Shown here one piece after another: positions 36,501 to 44,532 of a stretch of 64,000 nt of DNA. The translations under genes and the position numbers were made by a program. The notes under the pieces are model-generated. The model worked only from the letters and a program-made list of their open reading frames with translations. It was not told the DNA's origin and made no database searches. Origin of the DNA: an uncultured Gammaproteobacteria bacterium (lineage in GTDB: Bacteria; Patescibacteriota; Microgenomatia; Levybacterales; UBA12049); contig CAYYSJ010000002.1 in the NCBI GenBank assembly GCA_964474445.1, positions 183,774 to 247,773 on the forward strand, written 5' to 3'. How positions within the stretch are numbered: position 1 is the stretch's first letter; every line of letters starts with the position of its first letter.

Positions 36501-36895
36501 CTTCTCCCAACGGAGCAGATTTGCAAAATCCAAATGTAACTGGGAATGTGCACTTTGCAGTTGATATCAAGTATGCAAACAATAGTAATGTACCAACAGG
36601 TAAAGTTTCTATGGATTTTTCAAGTGGAAAGATTAGCTTAATAGCAACTTCATTTAGGTATCTGGTGATAAATGGCACACAAGCTATCCTGACAGGATCA
36701 GGAACTGTTAATGGAACCTCGGGATATAGCTTCCTTGTATCTGGAATTGATGGTACACAAACAGGAACAGGATACATAAGATTCCAGATTATAGATCCAG
36801 CAGGTAATGTTATCTATGATACACAAACTGGAGCAGCAGTGAATGCAGCACCTACTACAGCAGTGACGGGTGGCATGATTGTTGTGCATAATTAA
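33503..36895 (+). CDS. large secreted cell-surface protein with carboxypeptidase-regulatory-like (Cna-B-type) domains, three ~195-aa tandem repeats and PKD domains
   Basis: 1130 aa with signal peptide MKAKIAGIVFFLLIIFSGLIAPKIVLA. Repeated TLSGHI(L/H/Y)GPLGNPLP(N/D)Q...TDANGYY units, then PKD motifs (VDYGDGQGT...; WNWGDGTTSPG...TVTDNDG). S/T/N-rich throughout. Confidence 0.7.
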   Translation: MKAKIAGIVFFLLIIFSGLIAPKIVLATTFNLSGKISDSSGNGIPNAIIAVIDTTTNNSVANTTSDASGNYTVSVNGGTYNIQVNPPANSNFISAIAPSRSISSDTIVNFILTPSGVVTLSGHILGPLGNPLPNQVVGMGFSGHPISTTTDANGYYALQTTPGTQFLDFYSQSANDLSLSVPQNYLIESTSASYSITQNTVLDVTIPAKKITVHVQDASNNPVSNITIGASQINTNSTNLTIPGVSTAMQGGSSYNSSSGPKTDTSGNATLWLIPGNYNLFATPPSGSNFSLTQVPNMSITGDTQQTITLIQSVTLSGHIHDPLGNPLPDQTIQVGFSGNTITKTTDANGFYSIQTTPGTQFLEFFATNPLSLNAPQHYLLDSGGPVYSITQNTVLDVTIPAKKVTVHVQDFANNPVSNVIINANQLGNTNINLPGVPNVMIGSSSYGSYGTGPATDSSGNVTLWLIAGNYTFTAKPSSGSNFSQTQLTNISITGDTQQTITLIQPVTLSGHIYGPLGNPLPNQTVGMGFSGHPITATTDVNGYYSLQTTPGNNFLNFYPVTTNSFSLNAPQYYLIQTQAASYSITQNTVLDVTIPAKKITVHVQDASNNPVSNVVIGTSENGNTGVNLPGLPSGLLTASSSYGNRGLGPATDASGNVTLWLIPGNYNLFATPPSGSIYAQFILYNISITNDQTEIISLQFVHAAPVTTAILTTRLSDETYSDPTTVSLSAVASSGFTVTNTYYTVDGGAKQIYTTPFTVSGSGSHMITYWSIDSLGVSETPNTKSFSIDDPPKISSIPGATINEGSTYTATGSFTDTDSSSWTGTVDYGDGQGTQPLTINPDKTFTLSHQYLDNKPNNAPYTVTVNITDNQGAGSTVTTSVVVLNVTPSVGSITVQSNPVIQGSPFSVNSVIFSDPGVLDTHTAIWNWGDGTTSPGTVVETNGSGYVSATDHVYSAVGTYQITLTVTDNDGAPGTSVFQYAVVYQPSRSGLFSGHSIFASPNGADLQNPNVTGNVHFAVDIKYANNSNVPTGKVSMDFSSGKISLIATSFRYLVINGTQAILTGSGTVNGTSGYSFLVSGIDGTQTGTGYIRFQIIDPAGNVIYDTQTGAAVNAAPTTAVTGGMIVVHN
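33854..35600 (+). repeat. three tandem intragenic repeats (~580-590 bp each) within the surface-protein gene
   Basis: Units start near 33854, 34442 and 35021. Units 1 and 3 share 78-nt (34073-34150 vs 35242-35319) and 49-nt (34315-34363 vs 35480-35528) identical DNA stretches. Unit 2 is more diverged. Confidence 0.75.
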
Positions 36896-36915
36896 GACAG
36901 GAGAGGTCTATATAA

Positions 36916-37701
36916 ATGATGCAAAGATTAAAAAATAACAAACACGTAAAAACATATATCAAGGCAATTACGCCTCCTTATTCAAAACATGATATTCCCC
37001 ATATCTTAGGAACACTTGTAGCCGTTATTATTTTGTTTGTTCTTTCCAATATTACTCTCAAGCATATCTTTGCATCAAATACGAGTATGACTCCTCCAAC
37101 AAAACCTCAGATACTCGTGGGTACTGAGCACCCACTCCGTATCCCCTTTACTCATGCTGAACAAGGGACAGTATCTATATATTGGCTCTCATCAACTGAT
37201 CCAATAGGCGTTTCAGGATATAAGATATATAGAAATGGGAGTAAAATAGGAGAAACAAATGATACATCTTTTAAAGATAATGGAATTTCAGGAAGTGTCA
37301 CTTATGCAATTGAGGCCTATGATTCTGCGGGAAATACTTCTTCATCATCACTTCACATTAATCTTCCAAAAGCCTGGACAGCAAATGTTTCCCCAAACGA
37401 TTCTGTTATCTCAGGCTTTGTTTTAAACAAAACCAACAATGATCCAATAGCAAATACAACTATCACTACTGCAGAAGGCAAAACAATTCATACTGACCAA
37501 AATGGCTATTTCTATTACATCTCTCTAAATAACAATATTCAGTCGGTACAACTAACATTTAATGCCAAAAGTTACACTAGTGATACAGAAAATATCCAAC
37601 TCAAAAGTGGACAAAGTGTTAATCAAACAATTTACTTGACTCCACAACCAAATGTAGGAAACATGATTATTGATACTCTACTTAAGATTTTTCGCAAGTA
37701 A
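36916..37701 (+). CDS. membrane-anchored protein with fibronectin type III-like and carboxypeptidase-regulatory-like domains
   Basis: 261 aa, N-terminal TM (ILGTLVAVIILFVLSNITL). Fn3-like GVSGYKIYRNGSKIGETNDTSF and Cna-B-like TDQNGYFYY. Confidence 0.5.
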   Translation: MMQRLKNNKHVKTYIKAITPPYSKHDIPHILGTLVAVIILFVLSNITLKHIFASNTSMTPPTKPQILVGTEHPLRIPFTHAEQGTVSIYWLSSTDPIGVSGYKIYRNGSKIGETNDTSFKDNGISGSVTYAIEAYDSAGNTSSSSLHINLPKAWTANVSPNDSVISGFVLNKTNNDPIANTTITTAEGKTIHTDQNGYFYYISLNNNIQSVQLTFNAKSYTSDTENIQLKSGQSVNQTIYLTPQPNVGNMIIDTLLKIFRK

Positions 37702-37750
37702 ATTTAACCGCTTACAAATTATTAGATTGCTTAAAGTAAATGCCTTTTCA

Positions 37751-37830
37751 CTGTCTCATTTGTCTCATTTAGCTTCAGATTGAGTCAGAAGCTATGACGA
37801 TAGAATGGGTCTGGACCGGTACCCCCAGAG
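37751..37830. repeat. conserved non-coding element, copy B (upstream of histidine kinase gene)
   Basis: See copy A. Same block order and spacing. Contains ctgtctc...gagtcag (one mismatch to the copy-A stem) and the shared ccggtaccccc core. Confidence 0.5.
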
Positions 37831-38059
37831 CTTTAATATTTCGAACCCTAACTTTTGATTCTGGTATGTGGTAACCTATTGGACTAGGGCTTCAAGAAGT
37901 GCCATTCTCCCAATTAACGAATAGTTCTATCTATTGGTTGATTAACTGTTCACAACTCTCATTATTCTAATTCAATTCTGATAGTATCCTCATGATTGGG
38001 GAATATAATGCACGAACGAGATATGTAATCTCCTTACATTTCTATATTTTTGAGTTAAT

Positions 38060-39844
38060 ATGGAGAACCAAGAGAGCTTACTTCAGGCTATTAAACGTCT
38101 AGGCAGGCATGATCATATTTGTCTGATTTATGAAAATCAGAGAGATCAATTTGCAAAAGTAATTCCTTATATTAAGATAGGATTTAAAAGAAGTGAAAGA
38201 TGCAAATATATCATTGATGAAAATACGAAAAGCCAGGTTGCGGAGGGGATGCAAAAAGATGGCATCGATCTTACTAAAGCTCTAGAGAATAAATCACTTA
38301 TTTTTGCAACTAAAAACGAGACCTATCTTAAAGGAGGAAAATTTGATCCAGATGCGTTTATAGATCTTTTGGCTAAAGATGCAATAGATGCTAAGAGAGA
38401 TGGTTTTAAATCATTGAGAGTAGCAGGGGAGATGACATGGACTTTAGGAGATGAACCAGGGAATGACAGATTATTAGAATATGAGGCAAAACTCAACTAT
38501 TTTCTCCCGAAATATGATATTTCTCTAATATGCCAATACTATAAAGATAAGTTTCCTCCTACTCTTATAAAAGATATTATTTATACGCATCCGATTGTTG
38601 CATACAATGGTTGGGTCTATAAAAATTTTTATTATATTCCTCCTCAAAACTTTCTTGATAAAAATACAGACGAAGCAAAGGTTAGACATATTTTAAATAA
38701 TATTCAGACTACTGAAGAAGCAATAGAACAACAATTTCAGGCTCTTAAACGATTTGAGATTATATTTATGCAGCTTCCTTCGGCAGTGGTTGTGGCCGAA
38801 GCTTCGACTGGGAGATTAATTATTGCTAATAAAAGGATGGATGAGATATGGAAACAACCTTTTATCAAATTAGCCAACATTAGCGAGTACCGTTTATACA
38901 CAGGGTTCCACAACGATGGCCGGAAATATAAAGTTGATGAGTGGCCGTTAGCCAGAAGTTTACTCAAAGGCGAGACAGTAAATAATGAAGAAATTAAAAT
39001 TTTGCGAGGAGACAAGACATATGGATGTATCAGTGTTAGTTCTGCGCCCATTCGAGATAACGATGGTAATATTTTTGCAGCTGTCACGACGTTTACAGAT
39101 ATAACAGAAAAAAAAGAACAAGAAAGACAAAAAGATGAATTCATAGGAGTTGTATCGCATGAATTAAAAACACCTGTTACTTCTCTAAAGGCTTTTACTC
39201 AGGTTTTACAGAATAGATTTGCTAAAGAACAAAATATGGATGCTGCTTTATACTTTGAGAAGATGGATACTCAAATTAACAAACTTATCGTTTTAATTGG
39301 AGACCTTTTGGACGTAACGAAAATTGAAGCAGGAAAAATAAAATTAAATAATCAACAATTCGATATGGATAGTTTGGTTAGGGAAATTGTAGAAGAGGTT
39401 CAATTAACTACCAAACATAGAATAATAATTAGAGGGAAAACGGGAAAACAGGTCTTTGGGGACAGAGAAAGGATAGGTCAGGTTTTAATAAACCTTCTGA
39501 GTAACGCTATTAAATATTCTCCTTCTGCACTGAAGATTATTGTCAAATTAAGCTTGTCAAATAGTAGTATCACTTGTAGTGTTCAAGATTTTGGGAATGG
39601 TATTGATAAAAAAAATCAAGAGAAATTATTTGAGCGTTTTTATAGAGTTTCAGGCGATAAGGAGTTGACATATCCAGGCTTGGGTTTAGGGCTTTATATT
39701 TCAAAAGAGATTATTTTGAGGCAGGGTGGTAAAATATGGGTGAAGAGTAAAAAAGGCAAAGGTTCAATTTTTTCATTTTCTGTACCCTTTTTAAAAAAAA
39801 CTATAGAAATTCATCAACCCAGCAAGAGTTTAATGGATAACTAA
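38060..39844 (+). CDS. cytoplasmic sensor histidine kinase, MEDS-like N-terminal domain + PAS + HisKA + HATPase_c
   Basis: 594 aa, no TM helices. N-terminus GRHDHICLIYENQRDQF fits the MEDS sensory-domain signature. H-box VVSHELKTPVTSL, N box LINLLSNAIKYS, G boxes DFGNGI and GLGLGLYISKEII. No response regulator gene within the window. Confidence 0.75.
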   Translation: MENQESLLQAIKRLGRHDHICLIYENQRDQFAKVIPYIKIGFKRSERCKYIIDENTKSQVAEGMQKDGIDLTKALENKSLIFATKNETYLKGGKFDPDAFIDLLAKDAIDAKRDGFKSLRVAGEMTWTLGDEPGNDRLLEYEAKLNYFLPKYDISLICQYYKDKFPPTLIKDIIYTHPIVAYNGWVYKNFYYIPPQNFLDKNTDEAKVRHILNNIQTTEEAIEQQFQALKRFEIIFMQLPSAVVVAEASTGRLIIANKRMDEIWKQPFIKLANISEYRLYTGFHNDGRKYKVDEWPLARSLLKGETVNNEEIKILRGDKTYGCISVSSAPIRDNDGNIFAAVTTFTDITEKKEQERQKDEFIGVVSHELKTPVTSLKAFTQVLQNRFAKEQNMDAALYFEKMDTQINKLIVLIGDLLDVTKIEAGKIKLNNQQFDMDSLVREIVEEVQLTTKHRIIIRGKTGKQVFGDRERIGQVLINLLSNAIKYSPSALKIIVKLSLSNSSITCSVQDFGNGIDKKNQEKLFERFYRVSGDKELTYPGLGLGLYISKEIILRQGGKIWVKSKKGKGSIFSFSVPFLKKTIEIHQPSKSLMDN

Positions 39845-39921
39845 AGTTTGGTTTCCAATTTTTTTAACGAAGTGCCTACTTGATAAACATCTTGAAAAAT
39901 GCCACTATCCTAATTAAACCT

Positions 39922-40539
39922 ATGATCTCCTTTGTTTACTTTGATGTGGGTGGTGTTGTCCTAAAAGATTTTAGTGCAAGCAATAAATGGGACCTACTAA
40001 GGAAAGACTTAGGAATTAGTGACGACAACAAAGCCGCATTTGCCAATTTGTGGAGGAGATATGAAAGAGAAATTTGTACAACTAAGAACGTTGAATCAAT
40101 GATTCCTCTTCTTGAAGAGGAATGTTATGCGGCAATATCAAACAGCCATTCTCTTTTAGAAAACTTTATAAAGTATTTTGAAAAGAATGAATCGATGTGG
40201 CGTACCATTGGTGAAGTAAAGGCGCATTGTAGAATAGGTCTCTTAACGAATATGTATGTGGGAATGTTTGATGAAATTTCCAAAGCTAATATACTACCAC
40301 CTGTTTCATGGGATGTTATTATTGACTCGTCTGTTGTAAAGGCTGCAAAACCTGATAAAAAGATTTTTGAAATAGCTCAAGAGAAAGCTCAGGTTTCTGC
40401 GAATACAATCCTTTTTGTTGAAAACACTATGAAAAATATTGAGGTGGCGCATGAGTTGGGTTGGCAAACGTTTTTTTATGACTCTTCAGATTATAGAGGC
40501 TCAAGTCAAAAACTTCACGAGTATTTTCTTAGAGACTAA
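39922..40539 (+). CDS. HAD-superfamily hydrolase (subfamily IA-like, DxGG motif-I variant)
   Basis: Motif I FVYFDVGGVV (nucleophile Asp; Gly at +2 as in L-2-haloacid dehalogenases). Motif II GLLTN, motif III SSVVKAAKPD, degenerate motif IV FVENTMKN. Start chosen at the internal ATG so motif I is N-terminal. Confidence 0.5.
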   Translation: MISFVYFDVGGVVLKDFSASNKWDLLRKDLGISDDNKAAFANLWRRYEREICTTKNVESMIPLLEEECYAAISNSHSLLENFIKYFEKNESMWRTIGEVKAHCRIGLLTNMYVGMFDEISKANILPPVSWDVIIDSSVVKAAKPDKKIFEIAQEKAQVSANTILFVENTMKNIEVAHELGWQTFFYDSSDYRGSSQKLHEYFLRD

Positions 40540-40542
40540 ATA

Positions 40543-41244
40543 CTAATGAGAATCTTTTCGTGCTTTTGCAATAAGTGAAACACCCATAAATGGTTTTATA
40601 ACAGATTCAATCGCACGAAGCAACGGAACAATTTTATCAAATACGACAATTTGATATTTGCTTAAATGATTTCCTTGTTCTATGCGATTTCTAATTGTCC
40701 AACTAATGAGCCCAACGAAATTAAATGAATAGAGTCCTTCGATAACAAATCCTGCCTTTACTAATTTTTCTTTTAATTCATCTTTTTCATACCTTCGATA
40801 GTGTCCAAGCCTTTTATCTAGTTTTGTATATGCGAATCTTTTTGATGGGACGAGTAAAAGAAGATTTCCCTGTGGCTTCAGTAATTGATATATATGACGT
40901 AATGCTTGTTCGTCATTTTTGATATGTTCTAAGACATTAATTCCAATAATTGTTTTAAAATAATTATGAAACTTTTTAGGACTTTCTTTTTCTATATCTA
41001 AATGAATAATATGCTTCTCTTTTGTGGGAAATGTCTCTTGAAGATGGTTAATAAGACCGGTATCAATATCTGATAGATACACATGCTGTCTGGAAACGAA
41101 AAACCTACTAATATTGCCTGTTCCTGAACCAATTTCTAGAAGAGGAGATTTGAGGTGTGGAAGGAATTGGTCGATAATCCATTTATTGTAATTTTGAGCG
41201 TCTTCTAATACTTCTAATGTCGTTAAACCTTTGTATTTTACCAT
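40543..41244 (-). CDS. class I SAM-dependent methyltransferase
   Basis: 233 aa with motif I LEIGSGTGNISRF, motif post-I YLSDID, and motif II/III spacing typical of Methyltransf_11/23 families. Confidence 0.7.
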   Translation of the reverse strand: MVKYKGLTTLEVLEDAQNYNKWIIDQFLPHLKSPLLEIGSGTGNISRFFVSRQHVYLSDIDTGLINHLQETFPTKEKHIIHLDIEKESPKKFHNYFKTIIGINVLEHIKNDEQALRHIYQLLKPQGNLLLLVPSKRFAYTKLDKRLGHYRRYEKDELKEKLVKAGFVIEGLYSFNFVGLISWTIRNRIEQGNHLSKYQIVVFDKIVPLLRAIESVIKPFMGVSLIAKARKDSH

Positions 41245-41295
41245 ACAAATATATACTATATACTAATACTAGCAACCTTACAAGAAATTGAAATA

Positions 41296-42804
41296 ATGAA
41301 GAGAGTTCTTCTCATAACAACATTTATCCTTATAGTTTTATTAACACTTTTCCCACGGTGTATTGAGTTGTTAGCAAATAATTATCTTTTTGGTTTTGAC
41401 CAAGGGAGAGAAATGTTAGCAGCCAAAGGAATAGTAGTCGATCATAAATTTATTCTTATTGGTACTGAGCTCGGTGCTGGTAGCGCAGGCATATCAGGCC
41501 TTTTCCATGGGCCTATCTATTATTACTTGCTTACCGTTCCTTTTCTCCTTTTTAAAGGGGATCCCTATGGTGCTGTAGTACTGATGTTTGTTTTGAGTGT
41601 GGCGACAGTTATCTTTTCTTTCTTCCTTGGTAAAAAACTATTTTCTCTTAAAGGAGGACTACTATTGTCTTTTCTTGTTGCTGTATCACCTCCACTTATT
41701 GCTCAAGCAAGATTTATATGGAGTCCTAACCCTCCGTCTTTTTTTATTTTACTTGCTTTCTACTTTTTGTATCTTTTTATAGTAAAACAAAAATACTACT
41801 ATCTTTTATTTGCTGCGTTTTTTTCAGCATTTGTATATAATTTTGAATTTGCTCTTGCTGTACCGATGTGTTTGACGGTGTTTGTTTTTGCAATTAGCTT
41901 TCTAAAAAATAAAGTCAAATTATTAAGTGGAATTATTTCAGGATTTTTACTTGGATTTCTTCCTATGTTATTTTTTGAAATAAGGCATCATTTCCTTGGT
42001 TTGCATGGAGTGATCACCTACATATTCCACCATAAAGCTTCATCGTCTCATATAAAAGATAGCTCTCTTACGCTTCTTTCTGGTCATTGGCAAACTTTCT
42101 TAGGCAATATCAGTGATGCTTTCCCTGGCCACGGAATATTGCCTGGATGGTTACTTGGTTTGGTGTTGCTTATAGGAACAGTTTTCTTCTTGAGAAAAGA
42201 GAAAAACGATTATCTTAAAAAGTTCATTTTTTATCTATTGTTGTTATTTCCTGTAAATTTTTTTGTTTTTTCATTTTTAAGAAACACTGTATACAACTAC
42301 TATTTAACTGACCTCACATTTGTTTACCTCATTCTTTTAACATATATTATTTGGTCTGCGTTTTATCAAAAGAAAATCGTTTTTCAAATCCTAGGAGGTG
42401 GATATATCATTGTTCTACTCTTTATGGCATCTTTTAGCTCTGTGTCTACTTCTTTTCATGATTATCCAGATTTTGGAGGTACTGCAAAAATAAAAGGATT
42501 AGAACAAGCAATGGATTACATCTATACTGATACGAAGGATAGGCATTTTGGTCTTTTAATATTCGCGCCTCCAGTCTATACCTATCAATATGATTATATG
42601 GTTTGGTGGTATGGTCAGCGTAAATATCAATACAAACCATATACAGATAAAAAAGGAATTGTATATCTTCTTATAGAGCCTGATCCATATAAGCCCTGGT
42701 CATATAATGGTTGGCTAGAAACAGTTATCAAAACAGGTACTGTTATGATAACAACAACACTTCCAAGTGGTTTTATTGTACAAACAAGGGATTTCAATCA
42801 ATAA
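41296..42804 (+). CDS. polytopic membrane protein, GT-C-type glycosyltransferase-like (ArnT/PMT GT39/83-like)
   Basis: 502 aa, about 12 TM helices. An N-terminal periplasmic-loop acidic motif (FGFDQGRE) is in the position of the GT-C DE/DD motif. A C-terminal soluble domain follows the TM bundle. Confidence 0.45.
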   Translation: MKRVLLITTFILIVLLTLFPRCIELLANNYLFGFDQGREMLAAKGIVVDHKFILIGTELGAGSAGISGLFHGPIYYYLLTVPFLLFKGDPYGAVVLMFVLSVATVIFSFFLGKKLFSLKGGLLLSFLVAVSPPLIAQARFIWSPNPPSFFILLAFYFLYLFIVKQKYYYLLFAAFFSAFVYNFEFALAVPMCLTVFVFAISFLKNKVKLLSGIISGFLLGFLPMLFFEIRHHFLGLHGVITYIFHHKASSSHIKDSSLTLLSGHWQTFLGNISDAFPGHGILPGWLLGLVLLIGTVFFLRKEKNDYLKKFIFYLLLLFPVNFFVFSFLRNTVYNYYLTDLTFVYLILLTYIIWSAFYQKKIVFQILGGGYIIVLLFMASFSSVSTSFHDYPDFGGTAKIKGLEQAMDYIYTDTKDRHFGLLIFAPPVYTYQYDYMVWWYGQRKYQYKPYTDKKGIVYLLIEPDPYKPWSYNGWLETVIKTGTVMITTTLPSGFIVQTRDFNQ

Positions 42805-42818
42805 ATATTTGTATGAAG

Positions 42819-44495
42819 TTATCGTTTAAAAAGGGCATTAACCTTTCGAATAGATAATAGTATTTGTGTCGGTCTTCCGTGAGGGCATGTTGCATTATGA
42901 GGCGTTTGTGCTAGATTCTCCAATATTTTTTTCATTTCACTCTCATTCAACTCATCTCCTGCTTTTACAGAGGCTCGACAGGCTAAAAATGCGATCATTT
43001 CTTCAGAAATTTTATCAACTTCTTTGAGAGGGACATCTTCTTCAATAGTTTCAAGAAGTTGTTTTATGAATTCCTGTGGATCTCTATCTTGAAAAAGGTA
43101 AGGAACATGAGTAATAATAGGAAGCTTTTTTTGAGAATCAGCAATAACAAAACCGAGTTTTTTAAACATTTTTTTTCGTTGGTTAAAAAGTATATTTTCT
43201 GTCGTTGTAAATTGTAAAATAACAGGATTAGTTAGTTGAAATGTTTGACGCTTTCTTTTTCGATTTATGAATTCTTTTAATAATTTTTCAAATAGAATTC
43301 TTTCGTGGGCAGCATGTTGATCAGTAAGTACTATGCCTTCTTTTGTTTGAGAGAGAATATACAAATGATTAATTTGTATGAGAGGAGTATCAGACTTGAT
43401 TTGGAAATCTTCTTTATCTAAAACCGTTTGTTTTAATAGTTTTCCGGCAAACGATTGTGTTGTACCAAAACCAGCCCTCTTCCAAGAAAGATTTTGGAAA
43501 GTGAGATTATTCTTTTGCAATGTTTCCAACGCAGTTTCCTTGATAATTTGAAATAGAGATTGGTTATTAAAGAAAGCTAGTTGTTCTTTTCTAGGATGAA
43601 CATTTATATCAACCATTTCGTATGGCAGTTGGAGAAATAAAATAAAAAGAGGATAGGTATTTGACTCAAGCATTGTGCCAAATGCTTCTTTTACTGCAAG
43701 TGAAATAAGTCTATCTGTTACTTTACGGTTATTAACAAATAGTATTTGCCTGCTTTGCGTTGAAGAGTGCATTTGTGGTTTGGCAATGTAACCTGAAAGA
43801 GAAATATGCGAGTCATTATTTTTGAATGGAAGGAAAAAGGAAAATGTCTCTTTCCCAACAATATGTTCTATTCTTTGTGTCTGATTTCTATTGTGGGAAA
43901 AATCTAAAACAGTTCTATTATTGTGTTTTAGCAAAAATATAACAGTAGGATAGGCAATTGCAAAATGACTAATCACCTCTACAATATGACGAAATTCTGT
44001 TTGAGTACTCTTAAGGAATTTTTTTCGTGCCGGAATTGATGCAAAAAGGTGTTCTGCTATCACAGTCGTTCCATGGGGCATTCCAGCAGGAATACTTTTA
44101 AGCATTTTTCCATTTTCAATTTCAACCTGATGGCCTGTTGTATCGTGTTCTCTTCTGCTTTTTATTGTTAACGTACTCACTGCTGCTAAGCTTGCCAATG
44201 CTTCTCCTCGAAATCCAAAGCTTCTAATGCCTATCAAGTTATTATTTTCAGTTAGTTTGCTTGTCGTATGGGGTTTCCAACAAATTTCTAAGTCTTCCTT
44301 AGACATTCCTTTGCCATTATCATTGATTTGAATCTTTTTAAGACCGGCATCTTCAATGAAGATTTGTACTTCAGTTGCTTCTGCGTCAAGTGCATTTTCA
44401 ATAAGTTCTTTAACCGCAAAAGCAGGTCTTTCTATTACTTCACCTGCGGCGATTTTAGCAACGATTTCCGGAGGAAGTTGATGAATTGTAGCCAT
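42819..44495 (-). CDS. mutL: DNA mismatch repair protein MutL
   Basis: 558 aa with the GHKL ATPase N-terminus (AVKELIENALDA; NDNGKGM; GFRGEAL). C-terminal dimerisation/endonuclease domain with ACRASVKAGDEL (ACR-type motif). Confidence 0.9.
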   Translation of the reverse strand: MATIHQLPPEIVAKIAAGEVIERPAFAVKELIENALDAEATEVQIFIEDAGLKKIQINDNGKGMSKEDLEICWKPHTTSKLTENNNLIGIRSFGFRGEALASLAAVSTLTIKSRREHDTTGHQVEIENGKMLKSIPAGMPHGTTVIAEHLFASIPARKKFLKSTQTEFRHIVEVISHFAIAYPTVIFLLKHNNRTVLDFSHNRNQTQRIEHIVGKETFSFFLPFKNNDSHISLSGYIAKPQMHSSTQSRQILFVNNRKVTDRLISLAVKEAFGTMLESNTYPLFILFLQLPYEMVDINVHPRKEQLAFFNNQSLFQIIKETALETLQKNNLTFQNLSWKRAGFGTTQSFAGKLLKQTVLDKEDFQIKSDTPLIQINHLYILSQTKEGIVLTDQHAAHERILFEKLLKEFINRKRKRQTFQLTNPVILQFTTTENILFNQRKKMFKKLGFVIADSQKKLPIITHVPYLFQDRDPQEFIKQLLETIEEDVPLKEVDKISEEMIAFLACRASVKAGDELNESEMKKILENLAQTPHNATCPHGRPTQILLSIRKVNALFKR

Positions 44496-44532
44496 AAATA
44501 TCTACTAATAATAGTATAGGAAGAGGACAGGG

